DNA from: an uncultured Actinomycetes bacterium | GTDB taxonomy: Bacteria; Actinomycetota; UBA4738; HRBIN12 | Direction of reading: 5' to 3' | Length of the DNA: 64,000 nucleotides | Assembly: GCA_963704725.1 (NCBI GenBank) | Contig: OY969934.1 | Span: 864,001 to 928,000, forward strand | Part shown: positions 1 to 10,609 of the stretch, one piece after another | Layout: every line of letters starts with the position of its first letter | How positions within the stretch are numbered: position 1 is the stretch's first letter | Notes under the pieces: model-generated | What the model was told of the DNA's origin: nothing | The model's database searches: none | The model's input: only the letters and a program-made list of their open reading frames with translations | Program-made: the position numbers and the translations under genes

Positions 1-250
1 TTGAGGTATCGCCACGTCCGCCGGACCTGAGGGCATCGTCCGGTTGGGGCGCTGGGGAGCGAGGCAAGCGAGAAGGACTTGAGGCCTGGCACGAACCCCT
101 CCCGGGATGAGCGGTTGCGCTAATCCGGGAATCTGACTTCAGAGAAGCGGAGTGTCAACGTCGCCCGGTGTCGTGGTGCCAGGGCCCGCTCGCTGAGCCG
201 AACTCGCGACACTGGCAGCAAGCTCGGGGCGTTCGGCCCTTCCCGGGGGA

Positions 251-689
251 CTAGCCTCGGATCGGCGTCGGGCCGGGGGCACGAACGCCCGCGAGAGCGG
301 GTGCGCGTCTTCGGTGCTGAGGTCCGAGACGCGGAACTCCTCCTGCGGGGGAAGTCGCCGAAGATCGGTGACCTCCCAGTAGATCGCCCAGGGGTCCTCG
401 CCCGCGGTCGATGGCGGGCGAAGGCGTTGGTCGGCACGCCGCATCGCTTCGTGCGTCACGTAGCGCGTGTAGCGACCGTGCCAGCGTACGAGCGATTCTC
501 CGACCGGCCGCTCGTCATCGAGCGACTCGTACAGGTAGACCGGCGCACCGGCAACGACGCCTCGCTCCCAGAACAGGTCCACTCGCTGCGTCCAGAACAG
601 CACGGTCGTCATGTGGTTCTCCGACGCGCTGTCGAGATGCACCTTGGCACTGGGGCGAACAGGGCGGTGGCGAGTGGCTTCTGCTTCAT
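251..689 (-). pseudogene. Hypothetical protein (possibly PUA/EVE-like fold), interrupted by two apparent 1-nt frameshifts
   Basis: Reconstructed as MKQKPLATALFAPVP / VHLDSA...VYLYES...RPPST...WAIYWEVTDLRRL...FVP / GPTPIRG*. ATG at 689 with GAGGGA upstream, shifts near 642 and 275, TAG at 251-253. Fold is a guess. Confidence 0.5.
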
Positions 690-698
690 GGATGTCCC

Positions 699-1160
699 TC
701 ACGCCGGGTTGCTGCCAAAGGGCCGGCTTGTGCGCCGTCGTCCCTTCAGATAGGCGTCGGCAGCGCGCTGGTCAGCCTCGATGTTCATCTCTCGTGGCAC
801 ATAGCTGATCCTGATGCGATCTCCGAACTCCTGGATCAGCTTGCCGGCGTCCCGGTGAAGCTGTTCGTACTTCTTGCGCTTCGGCTTCTCCTTGGTGATC
901 TCGGTGACCAGGGTTGCCCTGTCCGAGTACACATGGAGCTCCGCCGGATCATGAGATCGGGCCATCTTGAGCCCCGCGATGAGGGCCCGGTACTCCGCCC
1001 TATGGATGTCCTCCTCGTCGATCGTTCTCGAGATGTAGTCCACGACGACCAGAGACCCGCGAACGTGCTGCCGGAGTACCGCGCCGATCGCGGCCACCCC
1101 CGACGGGTTGTTCCGAGAGGGCTTGCTCGCGTCCGTGTTCAGGTACATCCAAGCAGACAT
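699..1160 (-). CDS. Ribonuclease HI family protein
   Basis: LNTDAS...AIGAVL, RAEYRALIAGL, VYSD, YVPREMNIEADQRA carry the RNase H acidic tetrad. ATG 1160 with GGAGGGG RBS. Confidence 0.85.
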   Translation of the reverse strand: MSAWMYLNTDASKPSRNNPSGVAAIGAVLRQHVRGSLVVVDYISRTIDEEDIHRAEYRALIAGLKMARSHDPAELHVYSDRATLVTEITKEKPKRKKYEQLHRDAGKLIQEFGDRIRISYVPREMNIEADQRAADAYLKGRRRTSRPFGSNPA

Positions 1161-1560
1161 CGGTTCCCCTCCCTGCCGAGCGACAGCTCGCGGCCTCATC
1201 GATGGGCACATTTGGGCGGATGGTAGCTGCATCGCATGCCGTGGGTTCTCTTCACGGCGTCCCAAGGTCCAGGGAGCGGGGGCAGAAGCCGATACCGAGA
1301 GCAGGATTGTGAGGGAGGCACAGGTGACCCGGCGCGCGAAGCCAAGAAGTGGTCGGCGGGTGCGAAGACGTTCGAGAAGAACAAGCAGCGGGTTCTGGCC
1401 GGAGGGACTTTCGCGTCGCAGAAGTCCTCCGATTGGCGCAGGAAGTCAAAGCACCGCTGATGTGGTATCCGGATCAGTCCGAGGCAGCGCTGGACGGACG
1501 ACGCGGTCGGGTTCTCCGGGAAGCGGCGTGGGCTGCCCCGTCCCGGGAATCGACTAAAGG

Positions 1561-2376
1561 ATGCGCATGGAAGTCATCGTGTGGAACATGCAGCACAACG
1601 AGGGCAACTGGGGGCCGCCGCGTCGCGGCGGCGAGCTCGCGGCGGATCTCCACCTGTTGTGCGAAGCACCGAAGCCGCCTCGAGACATCGTAGCGATAGG
1701 CCAGCGGCGAACGGTCGGCCTCGCAGGCGACCTCCCGCTCGATAGGCCCGTCATCCGTGAGTGGTCCACGGCGGTGGCCGCTGACTCAGGCCCGACCTTC
1801 ATCACCGACGCACGTCGCGCGCGCGAGTACAGGGATCGCCCACCTCTGCCGTTCAAGCCGTCTCGGCCGGGCACCTGGACCGCCGCACGCGTGAAGCTCG
1901 GTCGACTCACAGTCACCGCGGTCGCGCTGTACGGGCTCCTTGATGAGATGTCGGACGATCCATGTACCGTCCCTCTTCGGAGCTCGCCCCGATCTTCGAC
2001 CACCGGGTCTACAGCAAGTATGTGCTGCTGGGCGGCGACTTCAACATCTTCGCGAACCCCCGTCCGGTCGATCGCGCTCGCGAGCGGCATCGATCGGTGC
2101 TCATGCGCCTCGAGGCGTACGGTCTGACGAACTGCCTGGACGGATTCCTACGGCCGACGCGGGATGCCCGTGAGGATCCCTGCCCTTGCGGCGCGAAGCA
2201 CTGCCGTCAACATTGGAGGACGTTCAGGAAGAAGTCCATCCACTCGCGGGCGTGCCTACCAAGAGGACTACCTCTTCATCTCCAGGGCGATGGCCGATTT
2301 CCCCCGGGAGTGCAGCGTGCTCGCGTTCCAGCGGACGAGCGACCACGCTCCCGTACGGGCGATGTTCGATGTCTAG
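1561..2376 (+). pseudogene. Endonuclease/exonuclease/phosphatase (EEP) family protein, split over three frames
   Basis: VIVWNM, LLCEA, VLLGGDFN, YQEDYLF and SDHAPV occur in order across ORFs 1561, 1962 and 2164. Shifts near 1960-1975 and 2240-2250. Confidence 0.8.
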
Positions 2377-2438
2377 CGGCAAGGAGGACTCGCGCGGGCG
2401 GCGCGGATCACCGAGCGCTCGGGCGGGATAGGAAGCGG

Positions 2439-3138
2439 ATGAGAGAGTTCGACGGAGCCCGCGAGTTGCCCGAGGATTGGGCTGCCGCGCTCGGCGAGGA
2501 GTTCGAGAAGCAGTACTGGAGGAACCTTCGGGACTTCGTATTCGGTGAGCGGAGGAGCTACGCCGTGTACCCGCCTGCTCGAGACGTTCGCGGCGTTCCA
2601 CTTGACGCGGCTGGCCGACACGAAAGTGGTGGTCTTGGGGCAGGATCCGTACCACGGTGCCGGCCAGGCGCACGGGTTGGCTTTCTCCGTGCCGTGCGGC
2701 ATCCCGGTGCCACCATCGCTCGGGAACATCCACCGCGAGCTGCACGACGACCTCTGTGTGCTGATCCCCGAGCACGGGAACCTCGAGCCCTGGGCGCACC
2801 AGGGGGTGCTTCTGCTCAACACCGTGCTGACGGTGCGGGCCGGCTCGCCCGGCTCACATCGGGGCGGCGGCTGGGAGACCTTCACCGATGAGGTGATCAA
2901 GATCGTCGACTCGAAGGCCGAGCCTGTCGTCTTCATTCTCTGGGGCAAGGTGGCTCAGCGGAAGAGGAAGCTCATCACGCGGACCCCGCCCGAGAGGATC
3001 ATCGGATCGCCACACCCTTCGCCCCGGTCGGCTCTGAAGGGGTTCTTCAGAGCAGGCCGTTCAGCCGGGGCGAACTGCGCGCTCGTCTCGGCGGAACGCG
3101 AGGGGGTCGACTGGAGGCTGAGTGATGGGTGTCGATGA
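2439..3138 (+). pseudogene. ung: Uracil-DNA glycosylase family 1, frameshifted near 2580 (possibly a sequencing error)
   Basis: LPEDW...VYPP / GQDPYHG, AHGLAFSV, PPSL, GVLLLN, VFILWG, HPSP motifs. Confidence 0.9.
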
Positions 3139-3228
3139 GGGCGAAGGACGCGGATCGTCCTCGCGGTGGGACGGTCCCGACGGAGCGGTCCCATGAGTGA
3201 CGACGGGGACGAAGGGTCGACAACGTAG

Positions 3229-3915
3229 ATGAAAGGCGGCCCGCCAGCAGCCCTTTGGTGTTCCGAGCCGCACCACTCGCTAGACTCAGCGCAGAGGAGC
3301 AGCCCAGTGGTCGACTCGGAAGCCAGGTCGTTGCGCGCAAAAAGCCGTCGCCCAGAACTCGTCGCCCTCGGAGCCTATCGACTTGGCCGGACCGGAACGA
3401 TTACTCGGCTACGGGGACAGACCGCCAAGAAGGTCAACGACCTGTGGGGGGCTGCAACCGAGTACGCCGTGACGGCCGAGGACGGAACGGACCTGCTCCT
3501 GCAAGACATCCGGTGGGACAACGGCCAGCGTGACGTCAGGGCCGTAGAGCGGCACGATACGCCGTCACCGTATGACACGGTCGTGGGTCGCCTTCGAATC
3601 AGCGTGGATCCCATCGAGGATGATCTCTTCATGGAGCTCCGACAGGCGCGTATCAAGGCAGGTGGCCGAGCTCAACCTGCACCGGCGACTCTTGAAGAAC
3701 TGGATGAGGGTGCCGGCGTATCGGTCCGATCGGCCCTCAGGGAGCTGGGCGGGCGCGTCGGCACCAAGGAAGTCCTCCTCGGCCGAAGAGACCAGACCCG
3801 CGACCGCTTGTGCTGCCGCTTCTCCGAGGCTTCGGTGCTGGTGCCGCCTGCGGTGTTCGTCCTCACGAGGATCGCCCCGGTAGGTCGCGGGTATCGGTGG
3901 CGATACTCCGACTAG
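3229..3915 (+). CDS. Hypothetical protein (start uncertain)
   Basis: 228-aa ORF with protein-like composition following ung. No motif recognised. Confidence 0.55.
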   Translation: MKGGPPAALWCSEPHHSLDSAQRSSPVVDSEARSLRAKSRRPELVALGAYRLGRTGTITRLRGQTAKKVNDLWGAATEYAVTAEDGTDLLLQDIRWDNGQRDVRAVERHDTPSPYDTVVGRLRISVDPIEDDLFMELRQARIKAGGRAQPAPATLEELDEGAGVSVRSALRELGGRVGTKEVLLGRRDQTRDRLCCRFSEASVLVPPAVFVLTRIAPVGRGYRWRYSD

Positions 3916-4337
3916 TTCAGCCGGACTGATCCGTTCCGGATTCGACCGAATCCGTTCCGAGAACCCCCAGAACGGCGCTGACCTGGCAGGTCAGAGGTTT
4001 CCTGCCAGCCCCACCTGGCACGAGGGCGAGGGCGAGGACTGGCAGCCTGACTGGAAGGATATCGGGACCAGATCGTTCCCGAGCGTTGGCGAGGACAATG
4101 ATCATCCAGGATCTCGAGGCCCGTTTCTACGTCTGCGGACCGTCGATGGTCGGGTACGGGGTGCGCAGGACGAGCTGGTCGTGAAGGATTACACGCTGGG
4201 AGCGATCGTCATGTGGGCCGATCTCCTCGCGCACTCCGATGTCCAGGTCCCGTCGAGGGCTAGTTCGAAAAGCCGTAGCGGTTGGGGGCGTCCGTTCACG
4301 GCGCTTCGCGGCGCAATCGGTCGGGATGGCGGCGCGT

Positions 4338-5015
4338 TCAGTGGCCGATGTCGCGACCGCCCGCCTCGACGAGCCCGCTCTCGTAGGCGAAGACCACGAC
4401 CTGGGCACGGTCGCGCAAGCCGAGCTTGGCGAGGATGCTCGACACGTGCGACTTCACCGTGGCGGCTCCGATGAAGAGCTCCTTGGAGATCTCGGCGTTG
4501 CTGGCCCCGCGCGCGATCGCGGCCACCACCTCGCGCTCACGGTCGGTGAGGCGTTCCAGGCGATCCGACGCCGCGGTGTCGACCGCGAGCCGCTCGGCGA
4601 ACTTCCCGATCAGGCGTCTCGTGATCGATGGAGCGAGCAACGCTCCACCGTCGGCCACGGTGCGCACGGCGGCGACGAGCTCGTGGGGGGCGATGTCCTT
4701 GAGCACGAAGCCGCTGGCCCCGGCGCGCAATGCCCGGTAGACGTACTCATCGGGATCGAACGTCGTCAGGATGAGCACCCGCACGTCCCAGTCGGCGTCC
4801 GCGAGGATCCTCGAGGTTGCCTCCAGGCCGTCCATGTCCGGCATCCGGATGTCCATGAGGATCACGTCCGGGCGATGCGCACGTGCAACCTCGATCGCCT
4901 CGAGCCCGGTCCCGGCCTCGGCCACGACGTCGATGTCCTCCTCGTGACCGAGGACCATGGCGAACCCGCCCCGCACCAAGGCCTGATCGTCGACGACGGC
5001 GACGCGGATGCTCAT
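4338..5015 (-). CDS. NarL/LuxR-family response regulator
   Basis: VAVVDDQALVRGG, LMDIRMP, LTTFD, and HTH LTDREREV...TVKSHVSSILAKLG. Confidence 0.95.
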   Translation of the reverse strand: MSIRVAVVDDQALVRGGFAMVLGHEEDIDVVAEAGTGLEAIEVARAHRPDVILMDIRMPDMDGLEATSRILADADWDVRVLILTTFDPDEYVYRALRAGASGFVLKDIAPHELVAAVRTVADGGALLAPSITRRLIGKFAERLAVDTAASDRLERLTDREREVVAAIARGASNAEISKELFIGAATVKSHVSSILAKLGLRDRAQVVVFAYESGLVEAGGRDIGH

Positions 5016-6214
5016 GCCGGCTCGTCCCCGATCGGCAGGAGGGCAACGAGCCGGAAACCCCCACCCGGACGCGGCCCGGCGTCGAGACTTCCCCCCAACA
5101 GCAGAGCGCGCTCGCGCATGCCGACGATCCCGTGGCCGGACCCGGGCAGGATGGTGGCGCCGTGCCCCTCATCGAGCACCTCGATGGCGACCCGATGGTG
5201 GTCGCTGGTGAGCCGCACCTCGGTCCTGGCGCTGGGTCCGGCGTGTTTGAGCACGTTGGTCAGCGCCTCTTCGACGATGCGGTACGCGGACAGGTCCACG
5301 CGGGCCGGGAGATCGGTCCGCACGCCCTCCATCGTCAGCGAGACATCGAGACCTGCGTCTTCGAACTGGTCGACGAGCCGGGGGACGTCGGCGATCCCCG
5401 GCTGGGGACCGAGGTCATCGCGTTCGGCCTCCGGCCGCAAGACATCGAGCAGATGGCGCAACTCATCGAGCGCCTGACGTCCCGCTTGTTCCACCGCCTC
5501 CATCGCTTGCAGGGCACCCGCCGGGTCGTCGGCAGCAACGGTCTTGGCGGCGCCGGCCTGCACCGTCATCAAGCTCACGCGATGAGCGACGATGTCGTGC
5601 AACTCGCGCGCGATACGCGTCCGTTCCTCCGCCACCACCCGGCGGGCCTCGGCCGCGCGTTCTCGCTCCAGCTCGAGCGCGCGCTCGACACGGAACCTCA
5701 TGCGGCGTCCGAGGTACCACACCCCCGCCATGACGGCGAACCCGAATCCGACGTCGGCGGCGCTCATGTCCTCCCCGGTAAGCGGCGCGCTCAGCACGAA
5801 GACCAGCGCGACACCCAACGCGACGTAGCTCCACCGTTCGGTGGTGACGTAGCGAGCGACGCTGTACAACGCGATCAAGAAGGACACCCCCACCACCTGG
5901 GAGTAGTCCAGGATCCCGGAGAGCTCCGCCGCGATCAGGGTCACGGCGAGCACGGCCAGGGGCTGGGACCGACGCCAGAGGATGACGCCGCATGCCACCG
6001 CGAAGACGAAGAAGGCGAGGACGGGTACGTCACCGAGCGGGCGGATGGCGAGGTCGTCCGGGTTGGCGCCCTCGACCACGAACACCGACAGCAGGAACAC
6101 GACGATGGCGAGGGCGGTGTCCGCTGCACGCGGCCAGCGCGTGAACGGGCCTCGATACTGCCGCTGGGCGCTCCCGGGCGGAGCCTGAGCCTGAACCTGA
6201 ACCTGCACAGCCAT
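5012..6214 (-). CDS. Membrane sensor histidine kinase (HisKA_3)
   Basis: TM helices, ERTRIARELHDIVAH, EALTNVLKHA, GHGIVGMRER. ATG 6214 with GAGGTG. Confidence 0.95.
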   Translation of the reverse strand: MAVQVQVQAQAPPGSAQRQYRGPFTRWPRAADTALAIVVFLLSVFVVEGANPDDLAIRPLGDVPVLAFFVFAVACGVILWRRSQPLAVLAVTLIAAELSGILDYSQVVGVSFLIALYSVARYVTTERWSYVALGVALVFVLSAPLTGEDMSAADVGFGFAVMAGVWYLGRRMRFRVERALELERERAAEARRVVAEERTRIARELHDIVAHRVSLMTVQAGAAKTVAADDPAGALQAMEAVEQAGRQALDELRHLLDVLRPEAERDDLGPQPGIADVPRLVDQFEDAGLDVSLTMEGVRTDLPARVDLSAYRIVEEALTNVLKHAGPSARTEVRLTSDHHRVAIEVLDEGHGATILPGSGHGIVGMRERALLLGGSLDAGPRPGGGFRLVALLPIGDEPA

Positions 6215-6507
6215 GCGGTTCACCTCGTTTCGATGATGATGGCACACCCCGAGAGCCGGTCCACGGTTCGCGGCGTCCGGCGACCACGGTAGGCCGCCTC
6301 GACGACGTCGTCGTCCTCCCACAGACGGTTCCGGTCTCCGTCCCCAGGGGGAGCGTCGGAGGCTCGGCGACCCACCAGGAACCGTCTTGCGGGGGAGCCT
6401 TCAATCGTTCCGTGGGGCGGCGACGGCGAGCACGTGGGTCCCTACCTTCGTCACGTACCCGCCGTCGAGCGCTCGGGCTCACGGCCACGGAACGAAGGAG
6501 GATCCTC

Positions 6508-8751
6508 ATGAAGCTCTCCACCGAGTCGTTGGCTCGATCGGCGGGCCGCCACCCGTGGCGGACGCTGGTCGTCTGGGTTGTTGCGCTGGTCGCGGCCGCC
6601 GTCCTGGCGTCGCAGTTCCTCGGCGATGCCCTCACGACCGATACCGACTTCACGAACGATCCCGAGGCGAAGCGCGCCGCCGCGCTGGTGGAAGAGCGGC
6701 TGCGCGGGGCCGACGCCGACACGGAGTTCGTCGTCGTGACGGCGGGGTCGACGGTGACCGACCCCGCGTACCGGGCCTTCGTCGGCGAGCTGCAGGCGGC
6801 GGTCGCGGCCCTCGGCCCGGACGTCGTCCAGCACGTGGGGAGCTACCTGACGAACGAGGGTCCGATCTCCGAGAGTGGGCGATCGACGCTGCTGCCGGTG
6901 ACGCTGGCCGGCGTCGACCACACCGCGCTCGGTGAGCATGCCCGGCAGCTGGTCGACAGCGTGAAGGGCGTCGAGGTTCCACGAGGCTTCCGAGCGCTCG
7001 TGGCCGGGCCCGCCACGCTCGAGAACGACTTCATCCGGCTCGCCGAGGAAGGGCTCCAGAAGGGCGAGGGCATCGGTCTGGCGGTCGCGCTCGTGGTGCT
7101 GCTGCTCGTGTTCGGTGCGGTCGTCGCCAGCCTGATCCCGATCGTCCTCGCGGTGATGGCGATCGCCATGGCCCTCGGTGCCGCCGCGCTGTTCGGCCTG
7201 GTCTTCGATCTTCCGTTCTTCATCGCCAACATCATCACGATGATCGGTCTGGCGGTCGGCATCGACTACTCGCTGTTCATCGTGTCCCGCTACCGCGAGG
7301 AGCGGGGCAGTGGCCTCGACAAGCTCGACGCGATCGCCCACACAGGCGCCACCGCAAGCAGGGCGGTGCTCTTCTCCGGCCTCACGGTCATGATCGCGCT
7401 CATGGGCATGCTCCTGCTGCCCAACACGATCTACCGGAGCATCGGTCTGGGGGCCATGCTCGTGGTCGTCATCGCGGTGGCAGCCTCGCTGACCCTGCTC
7501 CCCGCGGTGCTGGCGCTGATGGGGGACAGGGTCGATGCGCTGCGCATCCGGGGCCGAAGGAGCGGCTCTGCGCAGCGGCAGCGGCGGTTCTGGGATCGGA
7601 TCGCCGGGGCGGTCATGCGCCGACCGGTGGTGAGCATCGGCGTGGCCGTCGGCATCCTGGCGGTGGCCGCCCTTCCGTACCTCAGCATCCACGAGGGGTT
7701 CTCGGGCGTGAGCACGCTGCCCGACGGGGTGGACTCCAAGCAGGCGTTCGTCATCCTGGAGCGCGAGTTCTCCGGTGGCCTCGGCTCGCCGGTGGAGATC
7801 GTCATCGACGGCGACATCACTCCGCGGGTGGTCGCCTCCATCGAGGACCTGCGGGCCGCGTTGGCGGCCGATCCATCCTTCGGCCCGTCCGATGTCGAGG
7901 TCGATCGGGCGGGCGACCTGGCGCTCGTGTCCGCACCCTTGTCCGGTGACATCGTCGGCGATGCCGCGCTGGACGCGATCCGAGAGCTGCGCCTCAGCGT
8001 CGTCCCTCGGATCTTCGACGACGTGCCGGCCGAGGTGCTGGTGGGCGGCGACACGGCGTACAACGTCGACTACCTCGACCAGACGAAGCGATACACGCCC
8101 ATCGTGTTCCTGCTGGTGCTCGGGTTGTCCTTCGTGCTCCTGACCGTGGCGTTCCGCTCGCTGGTCATCCCCGCGAAGGCGATCGCCATGAACCTCCTGT
8201 CGGTCGGGGCCGCCTTCGGGATGCTGGTCCTGTTCTTCCAGCGGGGCGTGGGGCCCGAGTTCTTCAAGGACATCGCGGGCTGGCTCGGCTTCGGCCAGGT
8301 CGAGGCGATCGAGGCGGGGCTGCCGTTGTTCATCTTCGCCGTCCTGTTCGGGCTGTCGATGGACTACCAGGTCTTCCTGCTCTCCCGCATCCGTGAGCGG
8401 TTCGATCACACCGGCGACAACCCCGGGTCGGTCGCCCACGGGCTGCGCTCCACCGGCGCCCTGATCACGGGAGCCGCGGCCATCATGGTGGCCGTCTTCG
8501 CTGGCTTCGCCGCCACCCCACTTGTCGGGCTGCAGCAGATGGGGTTCGGGCTGGCGGTCGCCGTCGCGCTCGACGCCACCCTCGTCCGCTGCGTCCTGGT
8601 TCCCGCCGCCATGAAGCTCCTCGGCAACCGGAACTGGTATCTGCCGTCCTGGCTCGAATGGCTCCCCAACGTCAGGGTCGACGGCGTGGCGAAGCCCGCC
8701 CCGGTCGCCGAACCCGGTGACTCAGAGCGCGAACTCGTTCCTGTCGGATGA
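6508..8751 (+). CDS. MMPL family RND transporter
   Basis: GLAVGIDYSLFIVSRYREE and GLSMDYQVFLLSRIRE repeats, LLGNRNWYLP. RBS AAGGAGG. Confidence 0.95.
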   Translation: MKLSTESLARSAGRHPWRTLVVWVVALVAAAVLASQFLGDALTTDTDFTNDPEAKRAAALVEERLRGADADTEFVVVTAGSTVTDPAYRAFVGELQAAVAALGPDVVQHVGSYLTNEGPISESGRSTLLPVTLAGVDHTALGEHARQLVDSVKGVEVPRGFRALVAGPATLENDFIRLAEEGLQKGEGIGLAVALVVLLLVFGAVVASLIPIVLAVMAIAMALGAAALFGLVFDLPFFIANIITMIGLAVGIDYSLFIVSRYREERGSGLDKLDAIAHTGATASRAVLFSGLTVMIALMGMLLLPNTIYRSIGLGAMLVVVIAVAASLTLLPAVLALMGDRVDALRIRGRRSGSAQRQRRFWDRIAGAVMRRPVVSIGVAVGILAVAALPYLSIHEGFSGVSTLPDGVDSKQAFVILEREFSGGLGSPVEIVIDGDITPRVVASIEDLRAALAADPSFGPSDVEVDRAGDLALVSAPLSGDIVGDAALDAIRELRLSVVPRIFDDVPAEVLVGGDTAYNVDYLDQTKRYTPIVFLLVLGLSFVLLTVAFRSLVIPAKAIAMNLLSVGAAFGMLVLFFQRGVGPEFFKDIAGWLGFGQVEAIEAGLPLFIFAVLFGLSMDYQVFLLSRIRERFDHTGDNPGSVAHGLRSTGALITGAAAIMVAVFAGFAATPLVGLQQMGFGLAVAVALDATLVRCVLVPAAMKLLGNRNWYLPSWLEWLPNVRVDGVAKPAPVAEPGDSERELVPVG

Positions 8752-8762
8752 TCGCGATGCCA

Positions 8763-8792
8763 GCCCAAGGGACGCTCCGGCGTCCCTTGGGC
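8763..8792 (+). terminator. Hairpin downstream of the MMPL gene
   Basis: GCCCAAGGGACGC-TCCG-GCGTCCCTTGGGC, a perfect 13-bp stem. Confidence 0.65.
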
Positions 8793-8998
8793 GGCATCCG
8801 TTGCACCTGATCGGCGGTCCTCGACTCGGTCACTGCCGCAGTAGATGCACGGTTCCACGGTCCCAATCATGGCAGCCGATCCGGCGACGCCTCCCGTGCT
8901 CGCGCTTCCGGCCCCTCACGATCCGCGGACATGGTTCCTACTGCGTAGACCTCCTCGACTCTGCGAAATCGAGTAGTTGACTGGCCTAATGTGCTCGG

Positions 8999-9436
8999 GT
9001 GAGGTGGTGGCGGAGGAACCGGGCTAAGAACGAGCAACCCGACACAACGCGTGGATGGTTCGACTTTGGTGGCGTCGTCGAGCCCGACTTGTCCGAGCCG
9101 CAGCGACGCCTGCTCATCGCTGCGAGAGCTCGCCTCGATTCGCTCGCACCGTCGAGGGTAAGCGCCTGGGAATCGTGGGCGTCATTTGAGCCGCCATACA
9201 CGGTTGACGGAGCATTGTGGCTTTGCGTGGAGATCCCTGCAGAGCGTCACGACAGCCTGCAGCTCGGCATCTGGGCCGAGACGATTGTCGGCGGGTTGCA
9301 GGACCGGCACTATGCCTGGGATTACCCCAAGGGTGAGCGGTTCCGCGCAACCATCCACACGGACACACTTGACGCGTCGATTACCGAAGCGCTCGACTGG
9401 TTGGAAAGCGAGATGCGCAACCGCGATCTCGTTTAG
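8999..9436 (+). CDS. Hypothetical protein
   Basis: 145-aa ORF with protein-like composition and lower GC. Confidence 0.55.
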   Translation: MRWWRRNRAKNEQPDTTRGWFDFGGVVEPDLSEPQRRLLIAARARLDSLAPSRVSAWESWASFEPPYTVDGALWLCVEIPAERHDSLQLGIWAETIVGGLQDRHYAWDYPKGERFRATIHTDTLDASITEALDWLESEMRNRDLV

Positions 9437-9626
9437 TGGACGTTGCTACCTGCGATAAGGCAAGCGGGTCGCCCTTGAGGAGGGTGCGGAGAGCGAGCTC
9501 CGATACCCAGTCTGAGCTCGTGACAGGTGGATCCGGGTGGGGTTGTCGCGAGCCGAGGCTGACAACCGGCCGCTGGCGTCCTCCGCAACCGGAGTTGGGG
9601 GGCAGCTTCGGTCGCCGCCTTTTCAC

Positions 9627-9974
9627 TCAGTGAACCGTGCACCTCCAGCTGATCGACCTGATGCTGACGACGCCATCGCCGTAGCGCAAGGGCCTCGAGC
9701 GGTGCCCGTTTGGAGGAAGAGAAGTGGACCAGTGAATGTGATCCTGCACCGTATCCCCGTCCGACAGGATGACCGAGATACCCCAACGGCAGGACACTCC
9801 TTCGGCTTGGTTGGTGCGATTCCTGAACGTCCAGGTGGTCGCCCCGCCGGTGAGTGACTCGGTGATCCGGAGCTCTTTCGACCTGTAGACGGTGGGGGCT
9901 CCTCCAGCTGATGCGGGAAGCGCGGTCAGCGCGAGGAACACGCAGACGACCCCCGCCAGGATGGCGCGTCGCAC
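9627..9974 (-). CDS. Small secreted hypothetical protein
   Basis: Signal peptide MRRAILAGVVCVFLALTALPASA, beta-rich body, GGGGAGG upstream. Confidence 0.65.
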   Translation of the reverse strand: MRRAILAGVVCVFLALTALPASAGGAPTVYRSKELRITESLTGGATTWTFRNRTNQAEGVSCRWGISVILSDGDTVQDHIHWSTSLPPNGHRSRPLRYGDGVVSIRSISWRCTVH

Positions 9975-10118
9975 GATGCCTCCCCTCGACAGATTCCATC
10001 GTAGGTATCGGTTCCACCAGGCGGTTCGACCTGAGGACCTGAGGGCCCCTCGATCTCAGGACGTTCGAGGGACGTCGCGGCCCGCGGCTCGGTGCGTTCG
10101 CGTGCCTGCCGAGTTCTC

Positions 10119-10430
10119 CTAGACGACCGGCTCGACGTGCGGGGCCGGCTCCCGGTGAGCCCAGTGGTTGAGCTCGATCCCGAGGCCGGAGACCCAGCGG
10201 ACGTACCGTTGGCACTCGCGGCAGCCGAGCACCAGGGCGCTGAGCTCGCGTTCGGCGGCGGTCTTCACGTCCGGGAGCACCTGGCGGAGCATCTTGAGGT
10301 CGATGACCAGCGGGTGAACCCGCTCCCCGTCTCGGCGAAAGCCTCATCTACAAGCACGTCGGCCTTGCCAGCCTGCTCGGCGAGGGTTCGGACTGCTCCC
10401 TCAAGGATGTCCTGTCCTGTCGGGTCACGG
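10119..10430 (-). pseudogene. Small CxxC/His protein, frameshifted
   Basis: DILEGAVRTLAEQAG / VHPLVIDLKML...LGCRECQRYVRWVSGLGIELNHWAHREPAPHVEPVV*. TAG at 10119-10121, start uncertain. Confidence 0.45.
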
Positions 10431-10609
10431 GGGGATCGTAGGGGCGCGTGCCGACGGTGCCGTGGCAGCCCGGCATGAAACGAGGGCGACGTCGAGCGGC
10501 TCCGGGACTGCCGACCAGAAGAAGCAGTGGCGCTCAACCTGATTCGTGAAGGCCCAAGCTCGTAGTCCTCGGCGATCCCACGGAACCAGGACGCGGGTCC
10601 CTCGGACAG

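Noticed and set aside
1108-1557. Small ORFs with CIAC and a basic tail between RNase HI and the EEP gene
   Set aside because: Possibly a frameshifted small gene, but I could not reconstruct a convincing frame or family.
8770-8870. CIYCGS motif suggesting an HNH nuclease relic
   Set aside because: Too short, with no downstream HNH residues.
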